A stretch of 64,000 bases of DNA from Callorhinchus milii (Eukaryota), in assembly GCF_018977255.1 (NCBI RefSeq), contig NW_024704742.1, positions 14,944,001-15,008,000 of the forward strand, given 5' to 3'. The notes under the pieces were generated by a model. The model saw only the letters and a program-made list of their open reading frames with translations. It was not told the DNA's origin and made no database searches. This document shows, piece by piece, positions 49,138 to 63,384 of this stretch; the stretch's first letter is position 1; each line of letters begins with the position of its first letter. The position numbers and the translations under genes were made by a program.

Positions 49138-51599
49138 TAAGCAAGCGGATGTCTGGGATGCATAACGGCTGGAGCATCCGGGAACCAGATGAACCAAGTA
49201 GGACAAATCTGTGCAAGACAATAAGAAGTAAAATGTTTTACAAATAAATGAACTAACTATTCCCTTCCAGCTGAGTCTGAAAAGAACGATTGATGCACAC
49301 AAGGTTCTTTTGACTCACTGCTGGCAAATTGCCTCTGATGAACACAAACAGCACAGCCAGCAGAAAACTGCGCCACAGCACATATGCAACAACATTCGAT
49401 TAAAGAAACAGGCACGGTCTTCCGAAGACATCAAACAGGTTTAAACTAGTTTACATTGTGTTGAATTCAAATGAAAAGTTGGCGTAATATAAAAATCTTG
49501 AAAGCTCCTGAGTTTATTTTTTATCTAGTTAATCTGCAAAATTACTGGCTCCTATTTTTAATGATCAAGTAGAAACATTTAATTTGTTTTTTAGAGCTAT
49601 GGGTGTGCATTCAATGTTAAATGGAATGAGCTGAGACATAAAATATTACAATTGTGGCCCAGCTCAAAACATTTGGATTTGACTGCATTTATCCCTTTTA
49701 TTAAGGTGATGCATTTGACCTGAAGGAGAGTTTTCTGTGGCTGAGTGCATGTGTGATAGCATGAAATAAGCATACATATCCACATTAGATGGCAATGATG
49801 GGTGTTGCTCAGAAAATGAAGGACTTTAAAGAGAGATTATTTTTTGGAGGTGGTAAGTATTTATTTGTGCGTTCTATATGCAAAGTCGTCATCTTCATTC
49901 CTGGAGTGGATTATTTCTGTTTTTTCTAAAATAAACTGAGCCATACATTTTTCCACTAGTTTTCCACTAGTCTAGAGGCTTTGCAATGTTCAAGTAGTGA
50001 AAATATGACAATTCTACGCTGGTCTTGGGCTCTGCACCTATTTTATTCCTTTTCAATCTGGAGACGGCTTCCATCTTTGGTAATTGCATAATTCTTCAGT
50101 ATGAAGTAATCATACTTGTCCAGCTAGGACAACCCTGCCTGTAAGGAAATGTCAACAGCTCCAAGACTTAATAATGAGCCAGACAGGCTAGTGACCCACC
50201 AAGAATGATTTGGCAGATGTGTCTCCGCTGAGTTACTTAAGCTCCCAAGAGCCCCCATTTGTGATCTGCATTAGCTTAGTGGGCTGTGCCCACTAAAGCC
50301 ATTTGGAAAAGCTGCTTGGATGGATTTGTTTTAAGGGGAAAAGTTGCAAACTGAATATAGAGCGAGTTCTCCCACTCTATGAAGAAGACGTGTTGAGGGA
50401 TGAGCCTCAGCAAACTGAATGGCATTTTGTCATGCTGATTTCTGTTTTTGAAATGCTGGGGCCGAGAATGTAGTGTGAGAGATCTTATCAGCCTACTATT
50501 CTCATGATGGAGATCCATATATGAAGGTGTAAACATATCTAGATGACAACAAAGGAATTTATGCTCATCTAATCCACTCATATGTATCAACAAGGTTATT
50601 GATTAAAATATTAGTAGATAATATATTTGTTGACAAATGTAAACTAACCTTGAATTAACACCTGATATTAAAACTTGAACGTTTTGTTAACTGAACTTAT
50701 CACCTTGTCTGTTGTCACGGTTTTGTTATCCCGATTTATATTGACTTATGTCAACTGAATAGATGACATTTGCAATCATTTATTGAATACACCTGGTTGC
50801 CTGCTCTATCACATGGCAAAGTTTAGGTATTTCTGATGTTAAAGCACTAAAACTTGTCAACAAAGTAGCTGACAGCAGATTAGTCACACAAGAAGAAACC
50901 TATTAAGTAGAGCCGATGTGTGCAGTGTGGAAAAATGCAAAGCAATTCAACAAGGACAAGAATGAGCTTTAAATCTCCAACCCATTTCAAACTGTCCTGG
51001 CCAATAATCCTCCAGATAAAATTGGCCATTCACTTGCTCGCAGTTTGCAAGATATTGCTGTATGCAAAATCGCTTGCTGCATTCATCTACAAAGTACAGT
51101 GTCACTAAAGTTTACATTAAATCCTGTGGAAGCTGCTAATCCAAATGTAAGAATTATTATTATTTTTAAACTATTATGGCAAATGTGGTTTAATTTTATG
51201 GTGATTCTTTCATTCTCTGTAAATGTGCAGTTTGCGCCTCTGGTCACTTCCTGACCAACCCAGCCATTATGCAGCACCCAAAACACCATCTGCATAAAGG
51301 GCGTTATATAAATGAATGTTGTTGTAAATTTACTAACCTTGACTCTATGATCTTAGAAATACTTAATCTTATTCTGGATAAATTTACTTTTTCTTCCATG
51401 ACTGAAAGGCAAAATGTTGCAGTCTGCGCAACACCACTTTTAGCTTCTGGAGATCTTCTTCGGTAATTTCTGAAAACAGTATACTATCTAAGAACCAAAC
51501 TGCACATGTAGGGATCGAAATTCCATGCGATACAATGATCATGTAAATTAAGATGATTGACATTATTTGGAGAAGTAAAGGCAAAACAATAATAGGTCT

Positions 51600-52170
51600 T
51601 TGTTAAAGGGCTTTGTCACCTCTCAGTTGGACTACTTTAACGTCCTCCTCGCATGTCTCCACTCCTCCACTATTTACAAAATCCAGCTCATTCAAAACTC
51701 TGCCGTCCGCATTCTCACCCGCACCAAAATTCGTACCCCAATTACTCCAGTCCTTGCCAAATTCCACTGGCTTCCTGTCACAAAGCGTATCAACTTCAAG
51801 AACCTCAATCTAGTGTTTAAACCCCTCCATTCCTTTACGCCCCCCATCTCTCTAACCTCCTGTCTCCCCACAGCAGTACCCGCTCTACTTGGTCCAGCCT
51901 CCTCCGTGTCCCCCGAATCCTCCGCTCCTCTATCGGCAGCTGTGCCTTCAGCCACTACTCCCTGAAACTTTGGAACTTTCTCCTTAACCCCTTTGCCTCG
52001 CCCCCTCCTTCCCCATCTTCAAGTCGCACCTGAACATCTTCCTCTTCGACCGTGCCTACGGTCACCATCCCCCTCCCCCTGGCTCGGCCTCAGGCTCCGC
52101 TATTGTTAAGTGCTCTGAGATGCTGCCTGGCGTGGAGGGCGCTATACAAATGCAAGTTGCTGCTGTTGCT
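51600..52170 (+). mobile_element. Old L2 3' fragment
   Basis: FVTSQLDYFNVLL, IQLIQNSAVRIL, PITPVLAKFHWLPV..RINFK; tail ggcgtggagggcgctatacaaatgcaag. Confidence 0.85.
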
Positions 52171-54317
52171 TTTGTAATAATGATAATAATGCTTAGATTT
52201 GATATAGGGCCTTTCAATTCTCAAAGTGCTTCATGAGATTTACTGTAAAGTGGAATGACTGGTATTTTGTGGGCAAACCCGACAGCCAAGTTGCGCACAG
52301 CAATGTCCCACAAACAGCCATGAAGTGAGTGACTAAGTTTGTTTGGGGGATTGTTGGCCAGGACACCGGGAGATTAATATTGATTGTAGACCCTAAATTC
52401 CTGAGGTTTTAGCACCTGGTTTGGATACAGTAGCCTGTCCAAACACTTAAAAAGTTTTAGTTTTCTGAGAAGTTAGGTTTGATTATCTGGAATCGGAAAT
52501 TGTGTCATTTTCCCACCATCAAGAATATACAGAAAAACTCTTTGGAATCGCAGAAACTAGAGTGTGAACTGAAAAGAACTATAGAGACATGTTTCTGTGC
52601 AGTAAATATAAACTTGTGGAACAAACAACAATAACAACTTGCATTTATATGGTGCCACTCAGGCAGGGTAGCGTACCAGAGCACTTGTGCAAGATGTAGA
52701 TGTGTTAAAACACAGTGCCCTAAACATCCTCCGTTCTGTTACAGTTGCTGATGCTGTTGCATTTGCCTCCAGGTCATTGAAAGCCATCCCGATCTCCAAG
52801 CAGGACAAGCTAAAGAAACGCACAGCAATGTCCCACAAACAGCCATGAAGTGAGTGACTAAGTTTGTTTGGGGGATTACCTCCAACCACACATTCCTCCC
52901 TTACCTGTGCCACATAATAATAAATTATATTAATAGTAATAATCCTTATATTTGATATAGTGCTTCATCATGTTGTTGAGATGTATCAAAGCACTTCTCA
53001 AAATATACTGTAGAGTGGAGTAACTGTATTTTGTGGGTGATACGCAGCAGCAAATTGCACACAGCAGAGTAACACAAACAGTCATAGGTTGAGTGACCAC
53101 ATTTTGGGAGGGATTATTATTAGAAATGGTGGCACTTTATCTGGCCAATTTAGTTTACCTCATTTTCATTTGATATAGTGCCTTTCACATCGGGAAGCTG
53201 CCTCAAAGTGTAGTATTTTTTAGACGAACGCGGCAACCAATTTGCGTACAGCAATGCCTCACAAACAACCATTAAAACTAAAGTAAAGTAATATATTAGG
53301 AGTGGTGGAAATGTGATCAATATTTCACGTGGGTTTGTGCCATCACATCCTTCTCACTTCTTCTCCTTTAGACAGGGTCTTTTATTGCATTGAACATGTT
53401 CCTTGACCCTCCACCCCCTCAAATCCCCCCTCCCCTAGTGGAAGTGAACTCTACATGGTGCGTCAACAAACCCATGAACTGTGGTATTAACACTTAACGA
53501 TCTGTGTTGTCATCTCAGGTATCATGTTAAAATATTTGTGTTCCATCATAACATGACCACCTGAAAGGAAACACTGATGCTATTGTTACTGCATTACCTC
53601 ACGCAGTGTGAGCTAGCCCCCAAATCCATCCTCCTCTTACACTAGCACAAAAGCTAAAGATAAATATAAGAGTGGCAAAACATCACCCTGGCCATTTTAA
53701 TCATTCATTCCCCTGCTCAGTCAATCTTAAACTAAATAATCTTTAACAAAATAGAGGCAAGCTGCCCGAAAAAAATGTTGATGCTGATAAAAAAAATGAA
53801 TGTAAACTTGAAATGTGGACAGGTTGCTCAGACATCCAATATCATATGAAAAAACAATTATGTGGTGGTTATTATATCTGCACAATTTATGAATTCCAGT
53901 AGGTGGTGCTAGTCACACATTAAACCGGCAGAAGTGGAGCAGATAGGGAATAAATAGTGCATTACCTCACGCAGTACCTAATCTGCCTCCATTTAATCTG
54001 TAGCCTAGTTTATTTGACAAGACAAATTGCCACAGTCACATTTTCCATGGTACATTTTATAAAGTCAAAGGATTTTACAATACAATACAACTTACATATT
54101 TATAACACCTTTTACATTGAGAAGTCATCTCAAAGCGCTTGTTAATGCTGGATAGGCAACCAACCTGAGGGTGTTAGCCGAGGTGGGTGGGGAAGGGAAA
54201 GATGACCGATAGCATGGTCAAAGAGGTACTCCATGAGATGTGTTTTGAATACGGGGAGGGAGGAGTGATTCGGAGGGATTCCGGGATGAGGTTTGCCATG
54301 CTTATGGATAGTTTGAT

Positions 54318-55192
54318 GTGTCAACTGGCTCAGTTGGTAGCACTCTAACCTGAGTTAGAAGGTTGTGGGTTGAAGCCCCTCGTTGTGACTTTGAATGTAG
54401 ACTCAGTTAGTCTAGGCTGCCACTCTAGTGCAGTGTGGGGTAATTGCTCCATTAAAAAATTATTAAATTCATATTTTTTGCTTGATTTCTCATTTGTTAA
54501 ACCGTTTGCTTTGTTGTGGAATCTCACTGCAACCGCAAGCCCTTTTGTTAAATTAGCCGACTTCTTCACCCCTCCCGATTCCCGTAGCGTAGAGGTTAGA
54601 GCAGTCGCCTGGCAGGGCGATCCTGGACAGGGTGAAACCTGGTAAGTTAGCAATAAGAAGGAACCCGGTTGTTAGTCAATTGGCAGATCGCTTTCTGGGG
54701 GCAATAATCCCTTCAAAAACAAGAAAAATAATAATTTGGTCACTCAATCCACGACTGTTTGTGGGATGCTGCTGGGCGCAATTGGCTGCCTTGTTTCGCC
54801 CACAAAAATATACAGTCAATTCACTTTTCAGTCTATTCTGTGAAGCACTTTGGGACATCTAGATGACGTGAAAAGCGCTATATCAAATGCAAGGATTATT
54901 ATTATTATTATTGGAAGTGACATCTGTTGGATGCGATATTAAACCGAGGTCCCATTTGCCTGTTCAGGTGGATATTAAGGATCCCGTGGCACTATTCAAA
55001 ATGGGTAGGGAGTTTCTCCCCAGTATAATTGCTCATTCACTTTATGGCTGTTTGTGGGACATTGCTGTGCTCAAATTGGCTGCTGCATTTCCCACAAAAC
55101 ACAATCACTGCACTTTAGTATATTCTGGAAAATGCTTTGAGATATACTTCCAAAATGAAAGGTGTTGTATCAAATTCAATGAATATTATTAT
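54318..55192 (+). mobile_element. Old Deu-type SINE split by a nested long-form SINE (about 54580-54912)
   Basis: Head tggctcagttggtagcactct...ggttgtgggttgaagccc at 54318-54445; body resumes at about 54913 (gatattaaaccgaggtccc...caggtggat). Confidence 0.7.
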
Positions 55193-56184
55193 TAGTCTAA
55201 GTCAACACTCTTTCGAATTAAATGATCATTCAACTCATGAGAGTTGAGGCTGCACGGGTGTGAAATGACTGTCATGTTTGGCTATGAAAACAGACACCAC
55301 AGTTGACAGTGATTACTTGTGAAGCGCTTTAAGACTTTTGCCATGATAAGATGTCATTAAAAGAATGCAAGTTCTTTCTAACTGATTTATTCCCTCCTCT
55401 CAATGTTTGTTTAAAAGTACACCACAAAGGAAGGGATAGAGACAGCATCAAAATAACACAAACTCAACTCAACTTAATCATCACATCACCACATGAAGAG
55501 TAGAGTATTGGCATGGCACGTTTCAAAAATTATATTGGCCTCAATGGGCCAGGTGTCAAACAGATTTTTTCTATTAACAAGAAACGCTTTCATTTTTTTG
55601 CCCTGGTGATGAAATTACTTTGGCGTTTGCACTACACCAATGGAAGGCTATTTCCTCCCTCATGCCCCTCTGGAATTGCTGTGCACTGATACAAAAGTGC
55701 ATTGGAAATGGATGCAAATCTGGTCTTGTTTTATCAATTCAGCTGGAACAAACAGTGCCTCAAGGCCCAGCTATCAGCCCCCATCCTAACACATACTTTA
55801 GAAATACAATATGAGCCAGGTACTGCTGCAGAAGCCTTAAATGTCTTCATTTTCTTTAAAAACAAAATCTAATTTTTCAAAAAAAATGCATCATTTTAAA
55901 TTTTGGATAATGGCATTAAAGGTAAGTTTGTGAGACATTTTTGGGCCTACAACTTAAAGATACATATGCTTCACAATGTAACAATGCAACTTGTTGATTT
56001 TTTTTAATCAGCCGGGTGTCTGACACACCCGGAAGCCAAACCCATGCTCAAGAGTATCCAAGCCAAACTGAGAATTCCATGCTTCCCATCTATAAATGGA
56101 TATTCCAGAAGTATATATTGGAATGGAATGCACACTCTCTCCCTGGAGGAACACGTTGTGGTCACCTTATTCTGGAAAGTATTA

Positions 56185-56680
56185 CAACAACAATAAATTG
56201 CATTTACAGAGTGCCTTTTACATTTGGAGGACATCCCAAGCGATTGCACCCAAGCTGGGGGTTGGAATCAAGAAGGGTGGAGAACAAGGAGGGTGGGAGT
56301 CAAGGGGGATGAAGGTGGGAAGATGACTTCCCACCTCCATCGAAGAGGAAAGTCTTGAGATGGCAAGGGAGGGGATGAGATGGAGGGGCTCCAGGATGGA
56401 GTTCCAGAGCATGGGGCCAGAAAGGCTGAAGGCCCATCTGCTGAAGGTGGAACAGGCAGGGCGGGGGACTTAGAGCAGGTGAGTGCTCACTGAGCAGAGG
56501 GAGCGGACAGGTTGGTAAAGTTTTAGTAGGTCACGGAAGTAGGGAGGAGCAAGACCGTGGAGGGCTTTGAAAGTGAGGACAAGGATTTTAAACTTAATCC
56601 TCTGGGTGATGGGGAGCCAGTGAAGCTGGGCAAGGATAGGGATGATCAGCTCACAGAGTATACTGTGGGCGAGGACATAC
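56185..56680 (-). mobile_element. L2 3' fragment
   Basis: PILAQLHWLPITQRIKFKILVLTFKALHGLAPPY. Confidence 0.85.
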
Positions 56681-56844
56681 AACAGTTTGATCTCACTTGT
56701 CAGCATTTAGTTTTTATAGGCTGCAGTGTCCATATTATCTTATCTCAAAACACATTCTGAGTGGAAATATTTTACTTTTGCATTCGAATGAAGAGCTAGT
56801 GAAACACCTGTAATTCTCTACAATGTGAGGGCCCAATAAAATGC

Positions 56845-57330
56845 AATTTGCATTATATAGTGCCTTTTACATCTGGAGGATATCTCAAAGAGCTTGACAG
56901 TCATGGCTGGATACACAAGCTGGGGTGGGAGCCAAAGGGTGCAGAGGGAAAGTTACCCCAAAGCAAGGTCAAAGAGGTAAGTCTTGAGAAAGGCCTTGAA
57001 AGAGGGATGGGAAGGAGAAAGGTAGCAGGAGGAACTCCAGGACAGGATAGAGTTCTAGAGAATCGGTGCTTAATGGCTGAAAATTCACCCACCAATGGTG
57101 GACCATATCAAATGGGGGTCATGAAGCAAGCCAGTTTGGGCTGAACGAAGGAAGTAGATGGGTCGATAGGGTTGAATGAGGTAGGAATGGGATGAGACCA
57201 TGGATGAATCTGAAGGTGAGAACGAGGAACTTTAATTCAATCCACTTTGGGATTAGGAGCTAGTGAAGCTGACCAAGGACAGGATTGATAGGCTCATGGA
57301 GCCTGGTGCGGGAGAGGAGACAAGCTGCGG
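56845..57330 (-). mobile_element. Old L2 3' fragment
   Basis: Decayed similarity to 34100-34590. Confidence 0.6.
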
Positions 57331-58849
57331 AGTTATGGATTCATGTGTAGGAAATGGATGGGTCTGAATGGGTGATAAGGAGTTTGTGCCAAATAGAGCC
57401 TTGTAAGGGCCAGATGCAAAGCATGGATAGATAAGTACATAATAATAATACTTGCATTTCATAAAGTACATCATGTCATAATACTTCATAATGAGTTATA
57501 ATGAGCCCTTGTTTTTCCTTAAACTGATGTCATTTTTATCGACCAGTTAGTCACCAGATGAGTTTTACATCTACTGTCAACAAAAACATCTCCAACAATG
57601 CAGTGCTTCTGCAACACTGCCGCTACACTGGAGTGACATCTAGATAATGAATTCAACTCCTGTTGTGGGACTCCAACCAACGAGCTTGTAGCCTAATTGT
57701 GCGAGCGCCACCAACTGAGCCAAACTGATATTTCTGTCCTGCTGGAGATGCAAAGTGTTGTATTCGTCAGCAGAAATAACTTTTTCAGGCAAAAGATCCT
57801 GAAGTAAAGAGGGAGTCCAGGAGGGATTCAAACATTTTTTTCCGGACATGATATGGAGGAAAATGTTGAGGCTGAAGAGAAAAGAAAGAATCTGAACAAA
57901 GGACCGTTCTTTTGGTAATCTGTGTCCAATCTACAAGAAGCCAAACACAATCCTGATCTCACCAGAGCTCTTTGGCTGCCATCTCAAAAACTCTCAGACG
58001 TTCTTTATAGAAAATAAATTAAGTTGTCAGAATACCCCCCTCCCTGTCCCCCCGAAAAAAGTCTAAATTCTTAAGGTGGTCAAAGAACAAAAATAACTGT
58101 TACTCGGCCACTTGAAAAACTTTACAAACGTAGTTAAGGATCATTGAAAGAAACTGATCAGCGTATTCTGAAACACATCATCTGTCACCTAACATCAGAT
58201 TCTTCATGCTGTTCTCTGTATAATGAAGAATTGCACAAATCTATTTGAATCAGATTGCTCACATAGGCCTGAATTTAATTAATATGGCAAACAGCTGTTT
58301 TAAAGTATGTTGTATGTTTCCTTTTTTGTACGTTTTTTTTCAGAAAAATAGATTGCAGTAAACACTAACTGATGTATGGTCCCTGCAATTTCTAAAGCAA
58401 TATGGTTAGTAAATAGGAAACATACAGTAATAGATCAAGTCTATCATGGTTTCTACATTTAACATTGCTTGGGGCAGTCTCAGCAATGAGATCATCCACT
58501 AAACCTGGTACAGCTTGTGGAGATTCTATTATATAATTATAATAATAATAATTCTTGCATTTCATATAGCATCTTATCACATCATCAAAACATCTCAAAG
58601 CACTTCACAAGGTATGTTTGTAAGCAAACAAAGCAACCATTTTTCACATAACAATGCCTCACAAACAGCCATGAAATGAATGACAATTTTAACTGGTGGA
58701 TTGATAGCCAGGATACAGGGGTATCCTGGCTATCAATCCCCTTCTCTTTTGGAATAGTTCCATGGGATATTTAATGTCAATCGGAACAGTCAGATGGAAC
58801 GTTGGTTTAACATTTTATCTGAAGGATGGCATCGCTGATAATATATTGC

Positions 58850-59015
58850 TGTATTATTATAATAATATGTATAATAATATGATTATTAGTAGTAAATATA
58901 TTATTATTATTATAAATAATAAAATAATTATTAGTAGTAAATTAGTATACTAATATATATACTCTATATATATATATAATACTAGTATACTATAGATAAT
59001 TTATAGTTATACTAA
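58850..59015. repeat. AT-rich low-complexity tract
   Basis: (TAA/TAT/TAG)n mixtures with almost no C or G. Confidence 0.8.
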
Positions 59016-59564
59016 CTACTCCAGCCTGAGGATAAGAAGAAATGACTTATCTATTCCAAGCAGGCACTGGATATTCAAAGCTGACTTCAACATCCCAGGT
59101 TTGATCAATTGTAAGTTATTTTGGTAAAGGGCAAAGTAAAATTGTTAAAAGAAACTCCAGTGGTGTGAATTTACAATTAAAATGTCAAAAATGGCAGCCA
59201 CCCACCTCCGAGAGAAATTGTTTGGCAAGATCAATGTCCAGCAGGGGTACGCTGCCATCAAGTGTGTGTTCATAAACACCAATCGATTCTGTCTTTGTGA
59301 TAATTAATAAGATTACAAGATTAGTTCAAATGAAGAAGGCCCTTCAGGCCACCTGGTCACATTCTTCCAGAATACCCATTTCCTGCTAACCTGTGCAAGT
59401 GGTTAATTACCTGCTGGGTAAAGAAATACTTCTTGGTGTCTGTTTTGACATTGCCTTTACAACTTAAACCTGTGCTGTCTTGTGAGTGCCATTACTAGCT
59501 ATCACATGATAATTATCATATTAAATAGTTACAATGTCTTAAATTTGCCCTTTATACAGTGTCA

Positions 59565-59738
59565 TAATATAATAATAATAAAAATAATAATAATAATAAT
59601 CCTTGCATTTGATATAGCGCTTTTCACGTCTTCTCAACGTCTCAAAGCGCTTCACAGAATATACTGTAAAATGAATTGACCGTATATTTGCGGGCGAAAC
59701 GCGGCAGCCAATTGTGCACAGCAGTGTCCCACAGACAG
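59565..59738 (-). mobile_element. SINE 3' half
   Basis: Reverse complement gggacactgctgtgcacaattggctgccgcg...gcgctatatcaaatgcaagg(att)n. Confidence 0.85.
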
Positions 59739-60444
59739 TAATAATATTCCTTGATATAGCGTGTTTCACATCAGGATTAAATAATTAATTTTGGTGTCAG
59801 TGTTGATAATTGAACAGCTCTGACTATGTTTTGTTTTATATTACCTATAATTTTTCTTCCATCTTATTTTGTTATTTTAATCCCTTCTTCATATACCTCT
59901 GAATTATATCTGACAGGCCAACAAGTCCCTTGTAGCCAGAAGACCTCTCTACCTGTCACTTTGCAGCCATGTAACCAAAGAAGTATAGAAGCAGCTCAGG
60001 TTTTGCCTTCTTTCTTGCGGAAAAGTCTTCCAGTGATGATGACGACAACAACTTACATTTGTATAGTGTCCTTCATGTTGAATAATGTCTTGGAGCACTT
60101 TACAGTGATGGGAGCAGATGCTGAACACGGGACAGGGAGGAGGAAAGGAGGAGGTGAGCACAGATCAGTATGTTTTCAGGCAGCACTTCTGAACAGATAG
60201 AAGATGTAAGAAGGAGGAGTAGAGGGATGGAGATCCAGAGATTAGCGGTCTAGGATCTGAAAGCTCGGCCACCTAATGTTGGTACGGAAGGGGCGACCTC
60301 TCCAAACTCCAAGGTTGCCAAGCTGAGGGGTACAAGCACAGACCAGTAGCCAAGCATTCTATAGTCGGTGAAGCATTGTGCCAATGCAGAACATGTCCAG
60401 TTACAGTTTAGTTTGTATATGACTGCTTATGACAGGCCACAAAA

Positions 60445-60557
60445 ATTCGCTCACAAATATACGGTCAATTCACTTTACAGCTTATTCTGTGAAGCGCTTT
60501 GAGACGTCGATAAGATGTGAAAAACACTATATCAAATGCAAGGATTAATATTATTAT
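60445..60557 (+). mobile_element. SINE 3' fragment
   Basis: cacaaatatacggtcaattcactttacag...caaatgcaaggatt. Confidence 0.8.
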
Positions 60558-63384
60558 ATGAAGAATGAATATTTAATCAGGTTCTGCATGGATTTGAAAT
60601 GAGAGCATCTCACGTTGAATCAAAAATGGTGCTTTGCTTATTTCACCTTTTAGGCATCTTACTGGCACCCTATTGTCTGAACTTTTACCCTGATTCTCCA
60701 TCTGCTCCAATAATCAAATGTTCTCAGATCACACAATCACTCAATCAAATGGTTATTAGACATGCCAGACTGGGTACACAAATAGTGTTACAGCAATTTG
60801 TTTTTAAGGCTGTGTTTATAGAACAACCTAACCCAAGGAAACAACTCAACATAAACCTCTAAGGAAAGAGCAATCTTGATGGTTTGATGGAGCTGTGCAC
60901 TAGTTTGTTGTGACTGATATTCAAAGAGAAAGTGTTTTTACTTGTCATTTATCATTTCAGGCTTCAGTTGCTTGACTGTTGATTGCTGGTGGGAATAAAT
61001 TACTCTTCCTGATCAAAGGTGTTTCTGGCCAAGATAGAGTTACAGTGTCCTGGTGTCTAATCTGTGATATTCAAATTACTTTTGTTATGGTTTCTTGCTT
61101 GTGGTGTCAAATTGTTAGCATAAAACCCACAAAGTGTCAACCTGACTCAGTTGGTAGCACTCTTGCCTTTGAGTCAGAAGGTTCTGGATTCAAGCTGCGC
61201 ATCAGGACTTTGTCCTCACATTCGTGGCATTCCGAGAGAGTGTTGGGGGAAGAGTTATATTACATTATTGGAGGTGCGAATGAGATCTAATTTTCATGTT
61301 CTGCTGATACCATACAGTGTAACTATTTGAAAAGAGAACTAAGTTTCAATTGGTGTCCTGGTCATATATCAAAGAACAAGAATTATTATTTTATTAGTGA
61401 CCAAATTCACAGCTGGCACATCACAATCCCCAAATCACAAGATTGGTCTGGATGAAAAAGGTCCTTCGGCCCATCCGATCTCATGCCTCCAGAACATTTA
61501 CTCTACCAGATCCGCTTCACTCCGTCAACATGCTTTTTAAATGAGTCGAGTGTCTTGGCCTCTCAAAGTCAGCAAAGTCTGAAAAAAGATGAAAAATCTA
61601 TTAAAGTGGTGAACATTTGTTAGAGAATATTGAGATGGTTTTAAACCATAAAAACATTTCAGTCGATAGTTACTTTCCAGTTCTATAACAGGAAGCAATA
61701 TTTTGTTCCACACTTAATGGACAGAAGGTAATTCAAAGAAACAGATGAATAAAATCTGTTACTTCTTACATGACTACAGAATACTGCATATAGGATTTTA
61801 CAGTCACCGCTTTCCCTATTGTGGTGTCTGGATAAACGTAGGATACAAATACAAATGCATTTGGTGGAGCCTTGTTTGCTCCTAAGCATTACATTTTTTC
61901 CTTCAAAGGGTTCACTCTGATGTTGAATGACACTTAAAGTCATGTAGATACTCAATGATCAATTTGGACAATAGCCCTTAGAGAGCCAGTACAGAGGACA
62001 AAATAAGCCCTGGGCCAATTTAGACTGTGACAGAGAACCTAACAATTGCTGGCAATTCAGAGCTCCAAGAGGTTGCCCCGTGTGAAGGGCATTATATAAA
62101 TGTAAGTTGTTGTTGATGTTGTTGTTTTTGGATACCAGTCAGTCACTGTTTATTCATAAACATTGGATATATCTAGTTGGTTAGTTGGTTGGTAGATGGA
62201 ATTCTGAAATCGCTAACCCTTCCCATGCCATTTTCATCCAAACTTGTCTTTAACCATACATCACCTCACATCCAATAATAAGATCATTTAACATTATCAA
62301 ATTGTAACAGAACAATAAGAACCGAAGAAACAAAGGTAAGCAAATGGACCTTTCAGCCCAATAGCCTACTTCTTCCATAGGTCATGGGCAGTGTACCTTC
62401 CTGCTAACTCCTCATTCAATCTCCCCAGGGAAACATATGCTGAATGTTCTCTAATCACTAAAGGACATTAAGCATGTCTCCACTATTGATCCCTATCGTC
62501 CACAGACCATATTTCTGCCACCTCTCCCCAGCCATAGAAGTTTGGAACCATGTTTCGGTAACGTTATTGATTTGGGCAGGTGAGCATGTCTGATTCTCCA
62601 CTGGTTGAAGGTGTAATCTTGCAATGGGACTTTCCTATTAATAACTCACATCAAAATGATCAATAAATTTTCAGGCAATCAAAAGATCACCTTCACTTGT
62701 AACTGACAATAATTTAATCTACAATAATTTAACAATAAATGGGATGACAGATATGGCTATACATCCTCCTTTTACCGATCACTGTGCTGATTGCCTTGGA
62801 ATCTAATTGGCTTATATGAAAGTTGTTTCCCCCTTTAGAGAGTCCAGGTTCATTTGCTTGAGCCTTTTCAGAGCATACCTGTAGCTACGTACATGATCCC
62901 CAACATAAATTTTCATTGTTGGCTGTTTGATTTCTGTGCAGAGGCTGCTGCTTGGTAACCAAATAAGAATTCTCTAGAGGTGCAAGTCTCTCACATATAT
63001 ATTAAACATGCCATTCCGACAAGTCACAACTATTCTGGATAAACTTGGCTTTGTTTGTTCCAAAGCTTCTTGTTTGTTGGTCAGTGCTAACTCTAGCTTT
63101 GACGCTATTCTCTGAGTATACAACATTCACAACGTGGTGCTGATTTTTGTTTGCGATTGATGCCTGAAAACATAGCACCTATTTCCTTTCATTTATATCT
63201 CTTCAATATGGTCTATTTGCTTCTTTCAGATTTTTAGTTTGGATAAGAATTGTTGACTTCCATCACACCTCTTTCCTCCATTTTATATTATTTTCTCCAC
63301 TTCCCTTCCGTCCCTCCGCACACATCAAGAGATTGGATGAGCAACCTGTTTCTAGGTGTTTCAAAGGTGTTCTATAACGCTTTT

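Noticed and set aside
57720..57872. LLQDLLPEKVISADEYNTL resembles a CARD-domain helix, after a strong minus-strand acceptor
   Set aside because: The similarity is too short, no donor was found, and the frame runs into a SINE head; would need an HMM hit.
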